In this document: piece by piece, positions 16,150 through 20,000 of the stretch | Layout of the letters: every line of letters begins with the position of its first letter | Numbering within the stretch: position 1 is the stretch's first letter | Source: an uncultured virus (IMG/VR IMGVR_UViG_3300024229_000001) | Lineage: Duplodnaviria > Heunggongvirae > Uroviricota > Caudoviricetes | IMG/VR virus record: IMGVR_UViG_3300024229_000001 | DNA length: 20,000 bases | Direction: 5' to 3' (one strand) | Position numbers and translations under genes: made by a program | The notes under the pieces: model-generated | Seen by the model: only the letters and a program-made list of their open reading frames with translations | Databases searched by the model: none | What the model was told of the DNA's origin: nothing

Positions 16150-16211
16150 GGGGTTTACAAAACCCCTTTTTTATTGTATAATAGATATATTATCAGAGAC
16201 GGAGAAACGAT
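16148..16211 (+). promoter_or_regulatory. terminator hairpin overlapping early promoter, plus RBS leader
   Basis: AAGGGGTTT/AAACCCCTT stem plus T-run; TTTACA(16154)-17 bp-TATAAT(16177); leader GGAGAAACGATATG. Confidence 0.8.
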
Positions 16212-16412
16212 ATGAGTAAGATGGGTAACTGGGTTATGGAAATGCAAGAAGACGCTACTGAAATGAGCCTTGCTAAATTTATTCGAGCTCATGGACGTTC
16301 TCAAGCATCAATATGGAGAGAAGTAAATGGTGAACTATACAATGGATCAACTCGTAAAGATCGACCTGCATGCGTGGCTTATTCGAAATCCTTCGAAGAG
16401 ATCCCTTTCTGA
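16212..16412 (+). CDS. small early hypothetical protein
   Basis: First ORF after the early promoter, GGAG RBS. Confidence 0.7.
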   Translation: MSKMGNWVMEMQEDATEMSLAKFIRAHGRSQASIWREVNGELYNGSTRKDRPACVAYSKSFEEIPF

Positions 16413-16518
16413 AGCAGAAAAGGTACTTCAATTTTGGGAAACAAAAGGAATATGTCATGATAAATCCTACCGAAAAGCTTTCATCGATTCGTACGAAGTT
16501 GAATCAGGTCGAACGTGA
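16342..16518 (+). CDS. small hypothetical protein
   Basis: MDQLVKIDLHAW..., GGTG RBS-like; overlaps neighbours. Confidence 0.5.
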   Translation: MDQLVKIDLHAWLIRNPSKRSLSEAEKVLQFWETKGICHDKSYRKAFIDSYEVESGRT

Positions 16519-16678
16519 GATTGAGTTTTTAGAAGCTTATTTAGTAAGTACTTCTGGTCCAGCAAAGGATACTATTGCTGAGCTAAAGATGTTAAAAGAA
16601 GTTCAAAGCTTTTATCGTATTCAACATAATAATGCACATAAAGAGTATGAAGAGAGTAAGAAAAATGACTCCCGTTGA
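16457..16678 (+). CDS. small coiled-coil hypothetical protein
   Basis: AAGGA RBS before ATG 16457. Confidence 0.6.
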   Translation: MINPTEKLSSIRTKLNQVEREIEFLEAYLVSTSGPAKDTIAELKMLKEVQSFYRIQHNNAHKEYEESKKNDSR

Positions 16679-16886
16679 GACTCATGAATATAAGTTAAAA
16701 TGGCTTCCTGGAAGTTCTGTTCCTATACATTCCGATCATGCCGATAAATGTAAAACTTGGTGTCGAAAGAATTTACCTCGGCATCAATGGTCAATGTCGT
16801 CTTGGAGTAATGTATATGAACATACATTTCATTTTGAGCTAAATGATGATGCAATTGCGTTTAAAAGCTTTATGATGGAGATATAG
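16665..16886 (+). CDS. small hypothetical protein
   Basis: MTPVETHEYKLKW...KTWCRKNL...YEHTFHFE. Confidence 0.65.
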   Translation: MTPVETHEYKLKWLPGSSVPIHSDHADKCKTWCRKNLPRHQWSMSSWSNVYEHTFHFELNDDAIAFKSFMMEI

Positions 16887-16888
16887 TT

Positions 16889-17308
16889 ATGATAGTACAT
16901 AATCCAATATTTGATACCCTTAAAATGGAAGACCATTATAGTAAAAAGGATGGAGTAGAAGTTAAATACGTATGCACTTCTGCTACAAACTCTCGCGCCA
17001 CTTTTGCCGCTGATGTATTCTATCGTGAGACTCCACATCCGATCTTCGGTAATCGTTACTTTGGACTCTATTTACATTATGGTAAGAACGTTCAAATCAT
17101 GAATGCTGATACTATTGAGGATCTAGTGTTTCATTGTATTGAAGATGAGAAGGGAAACCTACATTATTCAGAACATAGATGGGACTCTAAGACACTTGAT
17201 AATGGCAATATGATTGATGGTGGAAGATCTTATATAAGAACTAATTGTACTACTGTTAAACGCTATGAAGTAGTTGATGGCAAATTTGTAGAAAACAATA
17301 GGATTTAA
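16889..17308 (+). CDS. hypothetical protein
   Basis: GGAG RBS; FYRETPHP.FGNRYF and IDGGRSY motifs. Confidence 0.75.
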   Translation: MIVHNPIFDTLKMEDHYSKKDGVEVKYVCTSATNSRATFAADVFYRETPHPIFGNRYFGLYLHYGKNVQIMNADTIEDLVFHCIEDEKGNLHYSEHRWDSKTLDNGNMIDGGRSYIRTNCTTVKRYEVVDGKFVENNRI

Positions 17309-17310
17309 AA

Positions 17311-17949
17311 ATGACTAGAGTTGTTGACGTAAACGAACTTTTAAAAAAAACAGATTCAAATCACTTTGTTGAGTCTTATGATTATGCATCACAATTTTAT
17401 GATAAGATCTATATTTCTAATATCGAAAATTTAGACATTAAAGACTTATGCTTAAATGATTTTAGTACAAATTTTAATCATCAATTGGCTGGTGATATTC
17501 GTAATGAGTTCAGAGTAAATAATCCCGAAGCTATAAGAGCTGTTGAAATAGAATTGATAGACCATTTAAGTAAGGCTTTAAATGTTAAAATCACGGATAT
17601 TTCCATTAAAGCCCCCAGCACTCCGGGATATGAGCTATGGGTTAACTATCAAAAACAATATGAATTTAATCCTACTCATAGCCATGCTGGCGAGTTCTCA
17701 TTTGTAATTTATGCTTCTATTCCAGAAGAAATTCGAAATGAGCATAAAAATGCTCATGGAAATCTTCAAACTCGAGGTTTAATTCAGTTTAACTCTGAAA
17801 TAACTTCAGAAACAAAGTTATTAAATCCTTCTGAAAATAATATTTTAATATTTAGATCAAACCACCGGCACCAGGTATATCCATTCTATTCTGATTCTAC
17901 TAGAATCAGTATTGCTGGAAATATTCGTTCTTATTGGACAGGAGAATAA
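17311..17949 (+). CDS. putative 2OG-Fe(II) oxygenase (HxH type)
   Basis: LWVNYQKQYEFNPTHSHAG.FSFV, IF.S...HQVYPF and RISIAGN motifs. Confidence 0.82.
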   Translation: MTRVVDVNELLKKTDSNHFVESYDYASQFYDKIYISNIENLDIKDLCLNDFSTNFNHQLAGDIRNEFRVNNPEAIRAVEIELIDHLSKALNVKITDISIKAPSTPGYELWVNYQKQYEFNPTHSHAGEFSFVIYASIPEEIRNEHKNAHGNLQTRGLIQFNSEITSETKLLNPSENNILIFRSNHRHQVYPFYSDSTRISIAGNIRSYWTGE

Positions 17950-17950
17950 T

Positions 17951-18541
17951 ATGAAAGTTAATATTGGACCATATAAAAACTGCTTGACAAGTAACGTACA
18001 TAGCAATTATATGAATAAGCATTATGGTCTGGATTGGCCTGAGTACGGATCAAAGGGTTTAATCAATAAGGTTGCACCATTGCGAGAATACTTTCTTGAA
18101 CGTCTAGAAGATACTCTTCAATGGATATATGACTATAGTATTAATCTATATTTAGAACGTAAGCAACGTAAAATAAAAATCCGTATTGATCGTTATGATA
18201 CATGGTCTATGGATGATACTCTTGCATTGATTATATTGCCTATGTTAAAACAAATTAAAGACTCTAAACATGGTGCACCCTATGTAGATCCTGATGATTG
18301 TCCAAAGGATCTTCGTCCAAAGGAACAAGATGAGTATGGTACTGATGATACTCATTTCGCACGTTGGGAATATGTATTAGATGAAATGATTTATGCGTTT
18401 AAACAAAAGAATACTGATGATTGGGAATCACAATACTATGAATATAATAAATGGGATATGGAAGGCATGCAAGTAGAACAAGAACGTATATCAAATGGCT
18501 TTCGTTTATTTGGTAAGTATTATGAAGGACTATGGGATTAA
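17951..18541 (+). CDS. conserved phage hypothetical protein
   Basis: AGGAG RBS before ATG 17951; DTWSMDDTLA.II.P.L and GFRLFGKYY..LWD motifs. Confidence 0.75.
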   Translation: MKVNIGPYKNCLTSNVHSNYMNKHYGLDWPEYGSKGLINKVAPLREYFLERLEDTLQWIYDYSINLYLERKQRKIKIRIDRYDTWSMDDTLALIILPMLKQIKDSKHGAPYVDPDDCPKDLRPKEQDEYGTDDTHFARWEYVLDEMIYAFKQKNTDDWESQYYEYNKWDMEGMQVEQERISNGFRLFGKYYEGLWD

Positions 18542-18545
18542 TTGA

Positions 18546-19370
18546 ATGATTAAAAGACACCAAATTGTAGAATATTTAAATAAATCTCCAAATTATGATG
18601 GTATGAGACTTTTTAGTACTCAACAGCTTGAATGGTATATCAACACATTTGATCAATTTTTTGGAGAAAATTGGAATCAACCAGAAGAATATCACGCGAA
18701 TAGTGTATTGTGGAATGATGGGCAAGTGTACTTTTATAACTTACTTCAAAAGAGTATCACACCGCGTTTTACATCTTTAGATGATCGTAAGCTTGAAAGA
18801 CAAAATCTTGCTATGTCAGACCGCGCGTTAGCAAATGGTATGGTAGAACCTTTGACATGGAAGGGCCAGCCAATTCTGAAAACTCCCGCGGAGCTAGCTC
18901 TGTATCAAATGATACTATGGGATTTAAAGCCTGATAATATTATTGATCTTGGAACATGGAATGGTGCTCACGTTAACTATTTAAATACAATGTGTAGTGC
19001 CTATGGTTTAACTACTAACATTTATTCATTTGATATTAAGAATAAAGATTCTCACATGTACGCTGATAATAACAATATTCAAACATACAAAGTATATGAA
19101 AGCCTATTTAAAAGCTTAAAGGGTAGAACATTACTTATTGAAGACTCTCATCAAAATTGGGCCCAAGTAGTAAACTATATTTTTGACTTTTTAAAGCCCG
19201 AAGATTATATTATAATTGAAGACATGGCACATAAAGAAAGAAAAAAATATTCTGAGTTCTTATCACTTTATGCCCGTCGAAGGACTGAACTAGTATTAGA
19301 TAATAAATACATTGATTATTTTGGACCCGAAAACACTACGTGCGGTGTTGGAATTCTTAAAAAGGTGTGA
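18546..19370 (+). CDS. CmcI (cephalosporin hydroxylase)-family SAM-dependent methyltransferase
   Basis: WKGQPILKTPAEL.LYQMIL..LKPD.IIDLGT..G, IEDSH and YIIIED motifs. Confidence 0.75.
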   Translation: MIKRHQIVEYLNKSPNYDGMRLFSTQQLEWYINTFDQFFGENWNQPEEYHANSVLWNDGQVYFYNLLQKSITPRFTSLDDRKLERQNLAMSDRALANGMVEPLTWKGQPILKTPAELALYQMILWDLKPDNIIDLGTWNGAHVNYLNTMCSAYGLTTNIYSFDIKNKDSHMYADNNNIQTYKVYESLFKSLKGRTLLIEDSHQNWAQVVNYIFDFLKPEDYIIIEDMAHKERKKYSEFLSLYARRRTELVLDNKYIDYFGPENTTCGVGILKKV

Positions 19371-19375
19371 TATAA

Positions 19376-19993
19376 ATGGCTATTGCTAATCCAATTCAAG
19401 TAGATAATAACGTCGCAGTCGTAATCGATGAATGGTATGATAAAGAAGAATATGCAGCTACTCTTGAAGAATGTAAATTTTTAATTAATTATGGCCGTGA
19501 TCCATCAGAATCAGGTTCGGCCACAGATGCTAATGGTGGTTTTTTAAAAAATAATAAAGCTGTATTTGTTCGTGAGTTCTTTTTTAATTATAATGATAGC
19601 GTAATATTTAAAGCTAGAGAAAAGCTATATAGTATTATTGATTTTTTAATTTCAACGGATCCAATCTATAACTATCTCCGAGATACAGATTGTGAATCAC
19701 TATTAGTAAGCTATTATGAAGACTCTTCTTACTATAAACCACATAGTGATAAAGCTGTATTCACTACTCTTACTTGGCTATATGATGAACCAAAAGCTTT
19801 TAGTGGAGGTAACCTTATTTTAAGAGATCAAAATGATAATGTTGTGCAAGAAATTGAATGTATATCAAATAGAGCAGTAATCTTTCCTTCTTTTATAAGT
19901 CATGAAGTAACAAATGTTGTTATGGATAAAGAAGATATGGGTAAAAAGAAAGGTAGATTTACTGTAACTCAATTTTCTGGTCTTCAGTTATGA
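19376..19993 (+). CDS. 2OG-Fe(II) oxygenase (prolyl 4-hydroxylase-like)
   Basis: YYKPHSD (HxD), FSGGNL, IFPSF..HEV and GRF motifs. Confidence 0.88.
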   Translation: MAIANPIQVDNNVAVVIDEWYDKEEYAATLEECKFLINYGRDPSESGSATDANGGFLKNNKAVFVREFFFNYNDSVIFKAREKLYSIIDFLISTDPIYNYLRDTDCESLLVSYYEDSSYYKPHSDKAVFTTLTWLYDEPKAFSGGNLILRDQNDNVVQEIECISNRAVIFPSFISHEVTNVVMDKEDMGKKKGRFTVTQFSGLQL

Positions 19994-20000
19994 GGGAATA

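Noticed and set aside
19371..19378. Late promoter-like TATAAATG (also near 4266)
   Set aside because: Mismatch at the last position and overlap with stop/start junctions in AT-rich sequence; likely chance
1..20000. tRNA genes, introns, inteins, integrase or alternative genetic code
   Set aside because: None recognised by eye; intergenic gaps are short, recognised genes appear uninterrupted, and TAA, TAG and TGA all serve as stops

Overview
AT-rich, densely coding segment of a large T4-like myovirus. The PhoH, exonuclease, 2OG-Fe(II) oxygenase and GH19 gene content resembles marine T4-like phages, and the host is probably Gram-negative (inference). Layout: (1) 1-6.2 kb, + strand: replication/repair and auxiliary genes (T4-type RNase H, DenV-like glycosylase, FmdB-like, PhoH, PD-(D/E)xK exonuclease, ClpP-like protease, HAD nucleotidase). 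(2) 6.2-9.57 kb, + strand, behind a TATAAATA late promoter: a lysis-like block with a class 3 lipase, several membrane proteins and a GH19 endolysin. (3) 14.2-9.6 kb, - strand, behind its own TATAAATA promoter: an uncharacterised operon of exported/membrane proteins with an EF-hand membrane protein and a thermonuclease, meeting block 2 at a bidirectional terminator. (4) 14.2-20 kb, + strand: accessory region with GMP reductase, a small OMP-like protein, repeated stem-loop early-promoter cassettes, two 2OG-Fe(II) oxygenases and a CmcI-like methyltransferase. Several small ORFs missing from the ORF track were found by manual reading. Family calls come from motif recognition only; no database searches were run.
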